Below, one piece after another: positions 27,501 through 37,482 of a DNA stretch of 64,000 nt. The notes beneath the pieces were generated by a model. The model had not been told where the DNA came from. It searched no databases and was given only the letters and a program-made list of their open reading frames with translations. The DNA lies in the IMG/VR virus record IMGVR_UViG_3300044470_000095, positions 5,624 to 69,623 of that record. One strand, written 5' to 3'. The stretch's first letter is position 1. Each line of letters opens with the position of its first letter. The translations under genes were made by a program, and so were the position numbers. The stretch is from a virus.

Positions 27501-27523
27501 AAGGACGCTTCGGCGTCCTTTTC
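27501..27523 (+). terminator. Terminator after the capsid gene
   Basis: AAGGACGC-TTCG-GCGTCCTT-TT. Confidence 0.7.
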
Positions 27524-27619
27524 CATTTGCGGAGAGGATAGGCTAGATCGGTCGACAAGCGAGTTCCCTGCTCGTTTCCTCTCCCATCATTTTCAGGGTG
27601 TTTAATTAGGGATTAAATC

Positions 27620-28141
27620 ATGGCAAAGCTATACGTCGCAAATTGCACGAAACAAAAACACGAATTTTTGTACAACCCACCAGAGCAAAAAGGCCACATA
27701 AAGGAACCGATTGACAGCGGGCGGCAGGAAGTCATCTGGAAGAAAGACGGCTCGGCAACGCTTGACGAGTTGATGCTCATCGTGGAGCAGCACAGCATTT
27801 ATGGGATGGTCAACGTGAGAGACATTGACCGCACCAAACGCTTTACGCATTTTTGCTACAGCATCGACAAGCCTATTAATATCGAAAAAATCATGTACAC
27901 CGTTGAGGCAAACGACGCTTTTCTTGAAGCTCAATCGCTCGATTTGCGCAAGGAAACGGCGTCGATGATTAGCCACTCTCTTTCTACCGTCGCGGCGCAA
28001 CAAGACAATGCGCTTACGCACATGGAAATCGAGGTCAAGGAACTTGCGCCAGCCGGGAAAGAGGCTCGTGTCGATGAAACAATTGTGATTGAACAGGGGC
28101 GAAATTCTCAGCGCGGTCGCGGTCACCCACGCAATAATTAA
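27620..28141 (+). CDS. Virion morphogenesis hypothetical protein
   Basis: KLYVANCTKQ.H.F.Y; post-capsid position. Confidence 0.7.
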   Translation: MAKLYVANCTKQKHEFLYNPPEQKGHIKEPIDSGRQEVIWKKDGSATLDELMLIVEQHSIYGMVNVRDIDRTKRFTHFCYSIDKPINIEKIMYTVEANDAFLEAQSLDLRKETASMISHSLSTVAAQQDNALTHMEIEVKELAPAGKEARVDETIVIEQGRNSQRGRGHPRNN

Positions 28142-28143
28142 TC

Positions 28144-28842
28144 ATGGTTACACTCACCGGGTTTCAACAATTCATTTACCAGTACATGCAGATACCGGCG
28201 TCTGCATTGCCGAGTAATTCGCAATCGATTGTCACTGCACTGGCAATTGCGCAGAGCATCGTTAATCCGACGATCTGCGCAGTTCAATCGCCGTTGCAGG
28301 GCTATGCTGGGCCAAGTTTGTATGATCTAGCCGTGTATAACTTGGCCGGCGACAACCTGATTAATTATGCCATCGATCAATCGGTGGAAATATCCGGCAT
28401 CGCATGGCTGGCTGGCGTGGCGACAGTCACGACTGCCGCGCCATTCAGTTTTGCAACCGGCGACATGATTTCGATCTACGGCGCGGCTCCGAGCGGGTAT
28501 AACTCGCCATCGACATCGAATAATCAATCTGGAGCAGTTCCAATAACGGTAACGGGTGCGGATACATTCACTTACCCATTGGCGACGAATCCGGGGACGT
28601 ATGCAGGCGGCGGTGTGGCGTCGGAAATATTCTTTTCTTCAGCCCGCAAGCAGTTCGGCATCAATTCATTCGTCGGTGGCACGATAGCATCGAGCGCGGA
28701 TGTATCGACAAGCGAATCGTTGAATGTACCGGAACAATTGAAAGAATTGACGCTTGCCAATTTGCAACAGTTAAAAACGCCTTTTGGCAGACGTTATTTG
28801 GAGATTGCTGGACAATACGGGCAAATTTGGGGCTTGTCGTGA
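28144..28842 (+). CDS. Head-tail adaptor (DUF4054-like) with an inserted beta-domain
   Basis: YDLAVYNLA...LKTPFGRRYL. Confidence 0.75.
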   Translation: MVTLTGFQQFIYQYMQIPASALPSNSQSIVTALAIAQSIVNPTICAVQSPLQGYAGPSLYDLAVYNLAGDNLINYAIDQSVEISGIAWLAGVATVTTAAPFSFATGDMISIYGAAPSGYNSPSTSNNQSGAVPITVTGADTFTYPLATNPGTYAGGGVASEIFFSSARKQFGINSFVGGTIASSADVSTSESLNVPEQLKELTLANLQQLKTPFGRRYLEIAGQYGQIWGLS

Positions 28843-29324
28843 AAATCCATTTAGGTGTCGTGGATATTCCGTATTCCAAGCAATCCAGCGATAAAGTACC
28901 ACAAGCCAAAAAAGGCAAGCTCAATAAGCCGGTGAAGGTAAAAACTGGCGAACAGACGACGGGAGATGTCGCCCAATGGATTGAAAATAAATATGGACTC
29001 ATGCAAGGATTTGTCGATTTGCACAAGCCTGAAATTGTGCAGATGATGACAGATTCCATTCAAGGATCAATCGAAAATATTCTTGCTGGCGGAAAGCCGA
29101 AATCCAATCCGTTTGGTTCGGCGACATCAAAGATCGAAAAGCTGTTCAAATTTACATATTTGGATAAAGAAGAAGCCGCGCAAGCAGGAATCAAAGGTGT
29201 TCCAACGCAAGCGGCTTTGGATGGCGTTAATCATCGACTGAAAAGTGGAAAAGGCGTGCGGCGTCCGTCCTTCATTGATACGGGGCTGATGCAGTCGAGT
29301 TTCCAATGTTGGACGGATGACTAA
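28839..29324 (+). CDS. Neck/tail completion protein
   Basis: RPSFIDTGL motif. Confidence 0.7.
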   Translation: MKIHLGVVDIPYSKQSSDKVPQAKKGKLNKPVKVKTGEQTTGDVAQWIENKYGLMQGFVDLHKPEIVQMMTDSIQGSIENILAGGKPKSNPFGSATSKIEKLFKFTYLDKEEAAQAGIKGVPTQAALDGVNHRLKSGKGVRRPSFIDTGLMQSSFQCWTDD

Positions 29325-30268
29325 TGCCAAGCGTATTTGAAACAGAACAAGCGCCAGGGCAATTGCAGGCCGGACTTGATGCGGGAGTTGATACCCTATC
29401 GCAGCGGCAGACAATCACATTCCAGCAATACGTGCGCAAGGTATTGCCCGTAGACGGCTGGATATTCTGGCTTGCGACAGGGCAATCGATTGATGCCATC
29501 GGATCGCTGCACCACTCCGTTCGATTGGAGCAGCGAGAAGATGAAACGATTGGTGTCAACCGCGTGACATTCACAGCGGAACAGGCAATACAAGATTTCA
29601 ATCTGGTTGAGCCGAACATGGTCTACATCGCCACGGTCGGCGAATTTCAGTTCGCATTTTCCAATCAGGATAATTTTTACGAACAGGCTGGTCTTTTCCA
29701 TTATTCCGGCGACGCCGTCTATCCGACGCTTGCGGAACAGGTGGTTAATTCCGTCGCCGATTTGGATTTAGCCGATCAGATCGTAACGAACAGTCTGCCG
29801 GTTTGGTTGACGCTTTCGACTGCAACGGTATTCGGCGCGGCTAATCCGACATTCCCGATTTACCCGTCATTCCTTGTACCACAAGACGCTGCGCCTCCAT
29901 ACGCCTCAGTACACATCGGCGAGAACGACACGGAAGCAATTGGCGGCGCGCCGTATATCGATCAAACGAGTTCGCATTGGCAACTGTGCAAAGACAAGGT
30001 GCGGATCACGCTATACGGTGTTCGCAATGCCGACGCACTCGGATTTCAGGATTTCATCAATGCCTACACGATGGGCCTAACTCCCGGATTCGGCGTGATG
30101 AATATGCCGGTTATCCGTGATGCGAAGCGCGCACAAACAGAGCTTGGCGTCATCGCGCAAAAGAAGGTAATCGACTACGAAATAAGCTATTACCAGAACA
30201 CAGTCAGGGATTTGGCTCGGCAATTTATTTTATCGTGCCCAATTAGATACATTCCCCGCACTCTGTAA
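29324..30268 (+). CDS. Head closure/tail terminator-type protein
   Basis: Position; VLPVDGWIFW, YPSFLVP..PPY. Confidence 0.7.
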   Translation: MPSVFETEQAPGQLQAGLDAGVDTLSQRQTITFQQYVRKVLPVDGWIFWLATGQSIDAIGSLHHSVRLEQREDETIGVNRVTFTAEQAIQDFNLVEPNMVYIATVGEFQFAFSNQDNFYEQAGLFHYSGDAVYPTLAEQVVNSVADLDLADQIVTNSLPVWLTLSTATVFGAANPTFPIYPSFLVPQDAAPPYASVHIGENDTEAIGGAPYIDQTSSHWQLCKDKVRITLYGVRNADALGFQDFINAYTMGLTPGFGVMNMPVIRDAKRAQTELGVIAQKKVIDYEISYYQNTVRDLARQFILSCPIRYIPRTL

Positions 30269-30312
30269 TTTTCAACCATCCGCATTTGCGGATTTTTATT
30301 TAGGAAACTAAA

Positions 30313-30672
30313 ATGCCGCAATCTCCAATCGCAACAGAATCTTTTGCCAAACTCCCGTCCGGGAAAACGGCACCGTTGAATATGGATGCCACTGGCAATC
30401 AATTGATGGCCAGTGGTTTGAACTCATCCCTGAATATCACGGCGGCAACCGTCGTAAAAGCAACGCCAGGCCGACTTGTGCGCGTCAACGTCCTGACCGC
30501 TGGTGCTGCCGGGACTGCAAGCGATTGCGCAACTATAGGCGCGGTAGCAGCCGCCAATCTCATCTACAACATCCCGGCGACTGTCGGCATTTATTACCTT
30601 GATTGGCCGTGCACAGTCGGCATCGTCATCACGCCAGGTGCATCGCAGGTACTTTCCGTTTCATTCATTTAA
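30313..30672 (+). CDS. Small beta-rich virion protein
   Basis: LNITAATVVKATPGRLVRVNV. Confidence 0.7.
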   Translation: MPQSPIATESFAKLPSGKTAPLNMDATGNQLMASGLNSSLNITAATVVKATPGRLVRVNVLTAGAAGTASDCATIGAVAAANLIYNIPATVGIYYLDWPCTVGIVITPGASQVLSVSFI

Positions 30673-30681
30673 GGCCCAATC

Positions 30682-32064
30682 ATGGCAATCGTAAAGGTCA
30701 ATGTTCGGATTCAGGTAGGCGCTACTCCGATCACATTCCAAGAGCAGGGCGCGCTTGTTTCGACCGGCGGCACTACGCTTGCGCCAAACGCTTCATCGCT
30801 GTTGACTCAGATGTCCGATTTGACTCCGTTGCTTGCTGGCGGGATTGCAATCACATCGGCAACCGAGGCAACCACTACCGTAACGATCACGACCGCGACC
30901 GCGCACGGATTCACGACAGGCGATTCGATCACCGTCGCCGGGTTCACCACTCCCGGGTATAACGGGACGTGGATAATCACCGTCACAGCCCCGACCACGT
31001 TCACCTATACCACGGCAAGCGGGCTGACTACGCCGGCAGTCGGTACGGGTGTCGCAACGGACGCCGACGTAGCGGAACTGGTGGCAATGGCCACCACATA
31101 CTTCGCGCAAGGAAACGGCACAGCGGTTTATGTGCTGGAAATGGGGCACGGGACGGTAGTTGCGGATATCGCGGCGTTTTCTGCGTACCTGATTGCGAAT
31201 CCCGCCGCATCGTTTTATACGGCGGCAGCGGGAACCGTTTTCTACCGATACCTTATCCCGCGTGAATGGACATCGCAAGCCACCTTTATTTCGCTGGTCG
31301 CAAGCTACACGTCCAACACGGCGCTGCAATATTTTCACGTCACAGCCACACTCGCCACCTATTCCAGCTATACGGCAATCAATGGCAAGGGCGTGTTGAT
31401 GAACATCGAAGCGCCGACGATTCCATCAACCGAATTCACTTCGGCGGTAGCGTTCGCGGTGCAATTGGGGTACGCGCCGAGTTCGACGAATCAAGTGACT
31501 CAACTGTGCTACAACTACGCATTCGGCGTGACACCGTATCCGATCACATCGGTTCAAGTGGCATTGTTCAAAGCCGCAAACGTGAATTACATCACGACCG
31601 GGGCCGAAGGCGGTATCGGTAATCTCATGCTGGTCAACGGCACAAACGCCGACGGCAATCCGGGGAATTATTGGTACGCGATCGACTATGTGCAATTGCA
31701 GGAAAACCAGTCAATTTCCAATGCCATTATTAATGGCAGCAATGGCCCTCCGTTGGATTACGATCAGTCTGGCATTAACTATTTGCAGTCCGTCGCAGCC
31801 GATACCGCAGCGACCGCCGTAGCCGTTAATCTGGCGCTTGGCCCTGTATTCACGTACAAGATGACCGACGCGGACTTCACGTCGTTCTTGAATGGTGGTA
31901 CGGCTCCTATCGGCGTGCTTATCAATGCGGTTCCCTTCGCATCGTGGATTGCGTTGAACCCATCGACTTATGTAATCGGCCAATACGGCGGTATCAGCAT
32001 GAGCTTTACGCCTCAGCGCGGATTCAACAATATCGTCTTTAACGTCGATGTGGTTCAACCCTAA
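30682..32064 (+). CDS. Tail sheath protein
   Basis: NYITTGAEGG, YWYAIDYVQ, YDQSGIN.LQ; precedes the tube gene. Confidence 0.85.
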   Translation: MAIVKVNVRIQVGATPITFQEQGALVSTGGTTLAPNASSLLTQMSDLTPLLAGGIAITSATEATTTVTITTATAHGFTTGDSITVAGFTTPGYNGTWIITVTAPTTFTYTTASGLTTPAVGTGVATDADVAELVAMATTYFAQGNGTAVYVLEMGHGTVVADIAAFSAYLIANPAASFYTAAAGTVFYRYLIPREWTSQATFISLVASYTSNTALQYFHVTATLATYSSYTAINGKGVLMNIEAPTIPSTEFTSAVAFAVQLGYAPSSTNQVTQLCYNYAFGVTPYPITSVQVALFKAANVNYITTGAEGGIGNLMLVNGTNADGNPGNYWYAIDYVQLQENQSISNAIINGSNGPPLDYDQSGINYLQSVAADTAATAVAVNLALGPVFTYKMTDADFTSFLNGGTAPIGVLINAVPFASWIALNPSTYVIGQYGGISMSFTPQRGFNNIVFNVDVVQP

Positions 32065-32077
32065 TTGAAAGAAGAGC

Positions 32078-32518
32078 ATGGCAACTAATCCATTGATCGC
32101 TCAAGGCCAACTTAATCGAGTCGCAGCGAGTCTCAGTTTCGCCAAAAATCCAACGCTGAATATCACGGCACCCTATTTGGGGAAAGAGGGTATTTCTACC
32201 TCGTTTGAAGGTGAGCAAACGCTAGTCATTCCAACGAATACTGGGACTGTCATGTCGCCGGAACCATACCAGATGATTACGGTAACGGCTCATATCTTGC
32301 GCAGCCAGCCGCTTTCGGCGACGTACATGGCGTTTATCCAGCAATCGACTTTGTGCGGGCCATTCACCATTACATCGGATAGCGGAGCATTCCCGCAGAT
32401 ACAGGTCTACAACGGCGCGATCAAAACGACTGCTGCGATGTTGATGAATGGCACTCAAGCAGATTTCACGCTCGAGCTGACCGGCTACTGGCTCATCAAC
32501 AATTCGCTCTGGCAGTAA
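32078..32518 (+). CDS. Tail tube protein
   Basis: 146 aa after the sheath gene; NPLIAQG.LNR. Confidence 0.75.
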   Translation: MATNPLIAQGQLNRVAASLSFAKNPTLNITAPYLGKEGISTSFEGEQTLVIPTNTGTVMSPEPYQMITVTAHILRSQPLSATYMAFIQQSTLCGPFTITSDSGAFPQIQVYNGAIKTTAAMLMNGTQADFTLELTGYWLINNSLWQ

Positions 32519-32545
32519 TTTCAACTTCGCATAACAGGGAAAAAT

Positions 32546-33154
32546 ATGCGCATCAACCGTGATTTAAACCTCGTCATCCCCCTAAAGCTGGAAGAGGGGG
32601 AATTCTTTATTCATTCGACGCCGATTAGTTCAGAAACTTTCCGGCAATATTTTCTTGTGCTTTCCAAAGTGCTGAACCAGATTCACTCCGAAGGATTGCA
32701 CGTTGTCGGGCCGCGCATCGCGTCCATGCTTTTGCAAAGGATCGCGGAAGAGGGGGACCCGGAAAACATTCCATCTGGATGGCTTGGAAATGCCGACTCG
32801 TGGTCTGGCAGGTTTGGCGTGAAAAATGGCCTATTCAATGAAATACGTCGGCTATCGAATGTCATCATGCCAACCGAAAACGGCTGGCAATCCGTTCCGC
32901 TCTACGATGTCATCAAGCAAGAACTTATCCCGCAACAAAAGATCGAGGAGGTTGAAAGCCTAATCGTTTTTTTTACATGCGTCTGGCACATTCACAGCCG
33001 CGAGGAAATGGAGAAATTCCTAGTGCTATCGGAGAAAGCGTGGAATACGCGCACATCCTCATTGACCTGTACGGAATATCTCGACTCTTTACCGACATCG
33101 ACCGCGACAGAGACTTTTGTTCCAACCGTGAAACAGTCGTCAATTCCGGGTTAA
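32546..33154 (+). CDS. Tail assembly chaperone (possible -1 frameshift extension to 33264)
   Basis: Between tube and tape measure genes; T8 run at 32967-32974. Confidence 0.7.
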   Translation: MRINRDLNLVIPLKLEEGEFFIHSTPISSETFRQYFLVLSKVLNQIHSEGLHVVGPRIASMLLQRIAEEGDPENIPSGWLGNADSWSGRFGVKNGLFNEIRRLSNVIMPTENGWQSVPLYDVIKQELIPQQKIEEVESLIVFFTCVWHIHSREEMEKFLVLSEKAWNTRTSSLTCTEYLDSLPTSTATETFVPTVKQSSIPG

Positions 33155-33263
33155 GCTGGATTGCAAATGAAGGGTTTGGGGAATTTTTCGATAGTATTGA
33201 TCGAGATTTTCCCTACTCCAATGCGCATGAATTTCGGCAGCGATATTTGAAAGGAGGTATCTA

Positions 33264-35306
33264 ATGTCTGACAATAAAACAATTCTAACTATCGATACCG
33301 TTTTCGATTCGTTCAAGGAATTTGAAACGCTCTTTTCCAAGTACAAAAACGATCTAAAGGAATTGCCCGGCGGGTGGGAGAAGGTCGATAAGGAAATTGG
33401 AAAAATCCACAATCCGTTTGAGGGAATCCAAAAGACGGCCAAGGCGATGCAAGCGTCGTTCAATGCGCTAAAATCCATCGCAAAAGAAACTGGCGCACAG
33501 ATCAAGGCATCGGCGACCAATCAGGATAAATTCCGTGTTGCGACCATCGGCGCGGCTAAGTCGTTCGGCGTCATCGCAAAGAGCGCCGTCAATACGGGCA
33601 AATCAATCGCAGGCATCACGAAAAGCATTGCCGGGTGGGTTGGTATAGCCGCAGGCATTGGCGGCGCGCTGGTGGGCGGTACGCTGTTTGGATTCGACAA
33701 ACTTGCGCAGTCGCAGGGCGGGCAGAGAAAATCCGCGCAGGGTCTCGGCATGTCTACCGGGGAATTGTCGGCGACGAAAATTACGTATGACAAGGTTTTA
33801 GACGATTCGGAAAGTGTTTTAGCAAAAATCAACGAGGCTAAAAACGATTTTTCAAAGAGAGGCCAGTTTTACGCCAACGGGATATCAAGCAAGGATTTTG
33901 AAGGAAGTAACGCGGAAATCCTGAATAAATTGGTTTTAAAGGCCAAAGATACGACTGATAAAGGCGGGAAAAATTATCAGCAATATGCGCAAGCAAAAGG
34001 GCTGACCGATCTGCTAGGCACGTCGAACGTCACGCGCATTCACGAACAGCAGCGCGAAGAATTAAATTTGCTTGGTGCTACCAATGCAAAGCGCATCAAG
34101 CAATTGTCGCAAGACGAGCAATCACTGCGCAAGTTCCAAGATTTCACGGCATCAATTCAAACCGCCGGGCAGCATATCGAAAATGTATTGGGAGACCATC
34201 TCGTTAGATTGGCTGGCCCACTCGGGAATCTATCCGATGCATTCTCAAATGCTGTGGCGAAATTGCTAGACACAGGTAAAATCGACGAATGGATTAATGC
34301 GCTATCGGATGACATCAAGCAATTTGTCGATTGGATAAGTTCCGATGAGGGTAAAAAAGGCATACAAGGATTCTTTGATGGGGCCGCCGAAGCCGCAGAA
34401 GCCGCCGCAACATTTGTGAAATCTTTATCGTGGGTTGCTGGTGTTTTTAAGTGGGTAGGAACAGCGATTGGCGAGTCTATTGGGTTTGTTGTTGTTACAT
34501 TTGAAAAAGTATGCGATTTCTTTGCAAAGTTCATTCCCGGAATTAACTCGAGCAAACCCAGCGCACCCGCTCCAACTCAACCTACTGCAAATGGATCGCC
34601 GTATCCAAAAATGAGTAGTAAAAGCGCATTAGCTGCGGAAGCTGCAAAACAAGCAGTCGAGGCAAATAGGAATGCTGACTATACAAATCAAGGAAAAAGC
34701 ATTCCCGTTAAACAAAACGAAATTGCAAAATTAGCCGCTGCAACGCAGGCTAAATATGGCATCCCTGCGGAAGTAACGCAAGCCCAATATAATATTGAAA
34801 GCGGTGGCGGGAAGCATATGCCATCTGGCAGTAACAATCCTTTTGGGATTAAAGCCACAAAAGACGACATCAAGTCAGGTAAATTTGTCGAGGCAATGAC
34901 AACCGAGCATTTGAATGGGATAGATGTTCGTATTCTGCAAAAGTTCAAGAAGTTCGATTCTCTGGCGGATGCATTCGATGCGCATGCGAAGCTGCTGGCA
35001 ACAAGGCCGCAATACGCGAACGCTAGAAAACATGCGGACGACCCGAAGGCTTTCGCTGACGCCTTGACCGGCGTATATGCAACCGATCCTCATTATGGAG
35101 AAAAGTTGAAAGCTGAAATTAGCAAGCAAGCCCCAAGAGTGAGTCAAAATACGGCAAATGCTTCACAATCATCGCAACAACAAGCCCAATCAAAATCACC
35201 GCAGGCAGGGCGCACATATCAGCAGCCGGTTAATGTCACGATCAACAAATCAGCCGGCGCAGATGTCAATACAACTGTCAATGCAATGTCTCCGTCGAGC
35301 GTATGA
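33264..35306 (+). CDS. Tape measure protein with a C-terminal GH73 glucosaminidase domain
   Basis: Helical Ala/Lys-rich body; AQYNIESG..NNPFGIKA..TTE..YATDPHY. Confidence 0.85.
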   Translation: MSDNKTILTIDTVFDSFKEFETLFSKYKNDLKELPGGWEKVDKEIGKIHNPFEGIQKTAKAMQASFNALKSIAKETGAQIKASATNQDKFRVATIGAAKSFGVIAKSAVNTGKSIAGITKSIAGWVGIAAGIGGALVGGTLFGFDKLAQSQGGQRKSAQGLGMSTGELSATKITYDKVLDDSESVLAKINEAKNDFSKRGQFYANGISSKDFEGSNAEILNKLVLKAKDTTDKGGKNYQQYAQAKGLTDLLGTSNVTRIHEQQREELNLLGATNAKRIKQLSQDEQSLRKFQDFTASIQTAGQHIENVLGDHLVRLAGPLGNLSDAFSNAVAKLLDTGKIDEWINALSDDIKQFVDWISSDEGKKGIQGFFDGAAEAAEAAATFVKSLSWVAGVFKWVGTAIGESIGFVVVTFEKVCDFFAKFIPGINSSKPSAPAPTQPTANGSPYPKMSSKSALAAEAAKQAVEANRNADYTNQGKSIPVKQNEIAKLAAATQAKYGIPAEVTQAQYNIESGGGKHMPSGSNNPFGIKATKDDIKSGKFVEAMTTEHLNGIDVRILQKFKKFDSLADAFDAHAKLLATRPQYANARKHADDPKAFADALTGVYATDPHYGEKLKAEISKQAPRVSQNTANASQSSQQQAQSKSPQAGRTYQQPVNVTINKSAGADVNTTVNAMSPSSV

Positions 35307-36061
35307 GCGATAACCGAACGCAGTTTCAAAACTCGTATGAGATATCCCCGATCCTGCTTATTCAGGGCGTGGCATCGACCATGCCTGGTGGGATGCTGCC
35401 GATTATCGCGGTCTTGCAATCACAGGATTTCAGCGACGGGATATTGACTGGGCCGACTGGCGACATCGCGTATGGGAACACCTTTGCATCGTTTAGAGTA
35501 TTGCCTGGCGGGACGCTGATTCAAAACCAGATCGGAAAGTACCCGTTTGCAAATCAGACGGTAGCGGCAAATGCAATCATCACGCAGCCACTGAATATCT
35601 CTCTGGAAATGCATTGCCCGCCACGGTCCCCAGGGTACGGACATTTGCAACGGCAGGCAATTTTAAGCAACCTGCAAGATACGCTAACGAATCACACCGC
35701 ACAAGGTGGATGGTTCGCAGTCGCAACGCCAGCATATCTCTACAACAACTTGATATTGACAAGCCTGCGAGACATTACGGGCGGCGAAACAAAGAATTGG
35801 CAAACGACTTTTCAATGGGATTTTGAAGCCCCATTAATCACGGAAGACACGTCTGGAAATTCGACAAATTCCTTGATGAATGTGATTCAGAATTTTCTCA
35901 AGCCAAATACTCCGCAGGGCGTAACTCCCCCGTGGTCTGGCTTGCAGATAGTAATTGGAAGTCCAAATTCAGGCGCGACAACAACTTTCATACCGACATC
36001 CAGCAATTTAACTGGGGCGGCAGCAGTTCAATCAATACCTTCAACGGGAAATTTAGCATGA
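35303..36061 (+). CDS. Baseplate/tube initiator protein
   Basis: Follows the tape measure gene; YPFANQTVAANA. Confidence 0.7.
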   Translation: MSDNRTQFQNSYEISPILLIQGVASTMPGGMLPIIAVLQSQDFSDGILTGPTGDIAYGNTFASFRVLPGGTLIQNQIGKYPFANQTVAANAIITQPLNISLEMHCPPRSPGYGHLQRQAILSNLQDTLTNHTAQGGWFAVATPAYLYNNLILTSLRDITGGETKNWQTTFQWDFEAPLITEDTSGNSTNSLMNVIQNFLKPNTPQGVTPPWSGLQIVIGSPNSGATTTFIPTSSNLTGAAAVQSIPSTGNLA

Positions 36062-37482
36062 AATATCTATCGTTTTTGATGCTATTCGTTTGCTCGCTCG
36101 CATATGCCGGCCCATCAACGATCAATGCGACAATTCCAGCGGCAAATTCCGCCTTGCAATCAGCGCCAATACGAGCCAATTTCCTCGCCGCGCAGACGGA
36201 TATCAACAATCTCATCGAGCAAAATTATGGGGTGAGTGCGCCAGTTAATCCGATTGAAGGGCAGATGTGGATCAATACCGCATCAACGCCATTTGCTTGG
36301 AATGTTTTTGATGGCACGCATTGGGATACAGTCGGTACGATTAATGCGTCAACTGGCCTAGCACAGGCTTATTCGATCAACTGGACGGGCATAACCAATA
36401 CGCCAAATACATTGGCTGGATATGGCATCACGAATGCGGTATCGAGCGTTTCGTTGACGATGCCAAGCATTTTTACAGTAACGGGAAGCCCGATAACGGG
36501 AACGGGAACTTTTGTTGCATCGTTCAATAATCAGCCACAGGGAAATGTTTTTGCTGCGCCAGCGTCGTCTACTGGTGCGCCTACTTTCCGCGCACTTGTA
36601 ACAAGCGACCTGCCGGCAGGTACGCTGTTAAGCACCACCGCGCCAGCAAATAACCCGGCGACCGGAACGCCATCAAGCACAACATATTTGCGCGGCGACG
36701 GAACGTGGGCAACGCCACCAGGTAGTGCAGCAATCACAGGGCCAGGGTCGTCTACTAACGGATACCTGCCACAATGGAATGGCGCGACCGGGCTTGTACT
36801 CGAAGAAGGTCTGCCGGTCGGCACAACGGGAAACAATACCGTTGTCGAAACTAATGGCAGCGGTATCATTGCCGCATCGATCTTGCCCGCACCGACCGCA
36901 TCGACGCTGGGCGGCATCGAGAGCATTACAAGTCTGTCGAATAACTGGCTATCGTATATCGACACTTCCGGCGTGCCACATCAAGCACAACCAGGATTTT
37001 CCAATCTTTCCGGCTCGGCCGCATGTTCACAATTACCCGCGTTGACCGGATCGGTAACGACTTCGGCGGGCAGTTGTGCAACATCGATTGCCAGTTCCGG
37101 GGTGTCCGCTGGAGCCTATACCAGCGCGAATATTACCGTTGGCGCGGATGGCCGACTAACGGCAGCGGCGAGCGGAACGGGCGGGGGCGGGGGCGGATCC
37201 AACTACATCGCAAAAACCACGACCTATACGGCGGTCAATGGAGACAGCATCTTAGTCGATACCAGCGGTGGCGCATTTACGATCACATTGCCAGCTTCTC
37301 CAGGCGAATTCAATCAAGTCTGTGTATCCGATGCCGCCGGCACCTTCGGCACGAACACGCTGACGATTGCCGGCAACAGCTCGAACATCATGGGATCGTC
37401 GGCCAACATGACCGTGACGACGAACTATGCCTCATTTTGCCTGATGTATTACACCACTACACCCGGATGGAGAATTAAATAA
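36058..37482 (+). CDS. Fibre-like protein with a signal-peptide-like N-terminus
   Basis: PNTLAGYGIT, GAPTFRALV, YLRGDGTW, ITVGADGRLTAA; C-terminal VDTSGGAFTITLPASP. Confidence 0.8.
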   Translation: MKYLSFLMLFVCSLAYAGPSTINATIPAANSALQSAPIRANFLAAQTDINNLIEQNYGVSAPVNPIEGQMWINTASTPFAWNVFDGTHWDTVGTINASTGLAQAYSINWTGITNTPNTLAGYGITNAVSSVSLTMPSIFTVTGSPITGTGTFVASFNNQPQGNVFAAPASSTGAPTFRALVTSDLPAGTLLSTTAPANNPATGTPSSTTYLRGDGTWATPPGSAAITGPGSSTNGYLPQWNGATGLVLEEGLPVGTTGNNTVVETNGSGIIAASILPAPTASTLGGIESITSLSNNWLSYIDTSGVPHQAQPGFSNLSGSAACSQLPALTGSVTTSAGSCATSIASSGVSAGAYTSANITVGADGRLTAAASGTGGGGGGSNYIAKTTTYTAVNGDSILVDTSGGAFTITLPASPGEFNQVCVSDAAGTFGTNTLTIAGNSSNIMGSSANMTVTTNYASFCLMYYTTTPGWRIK

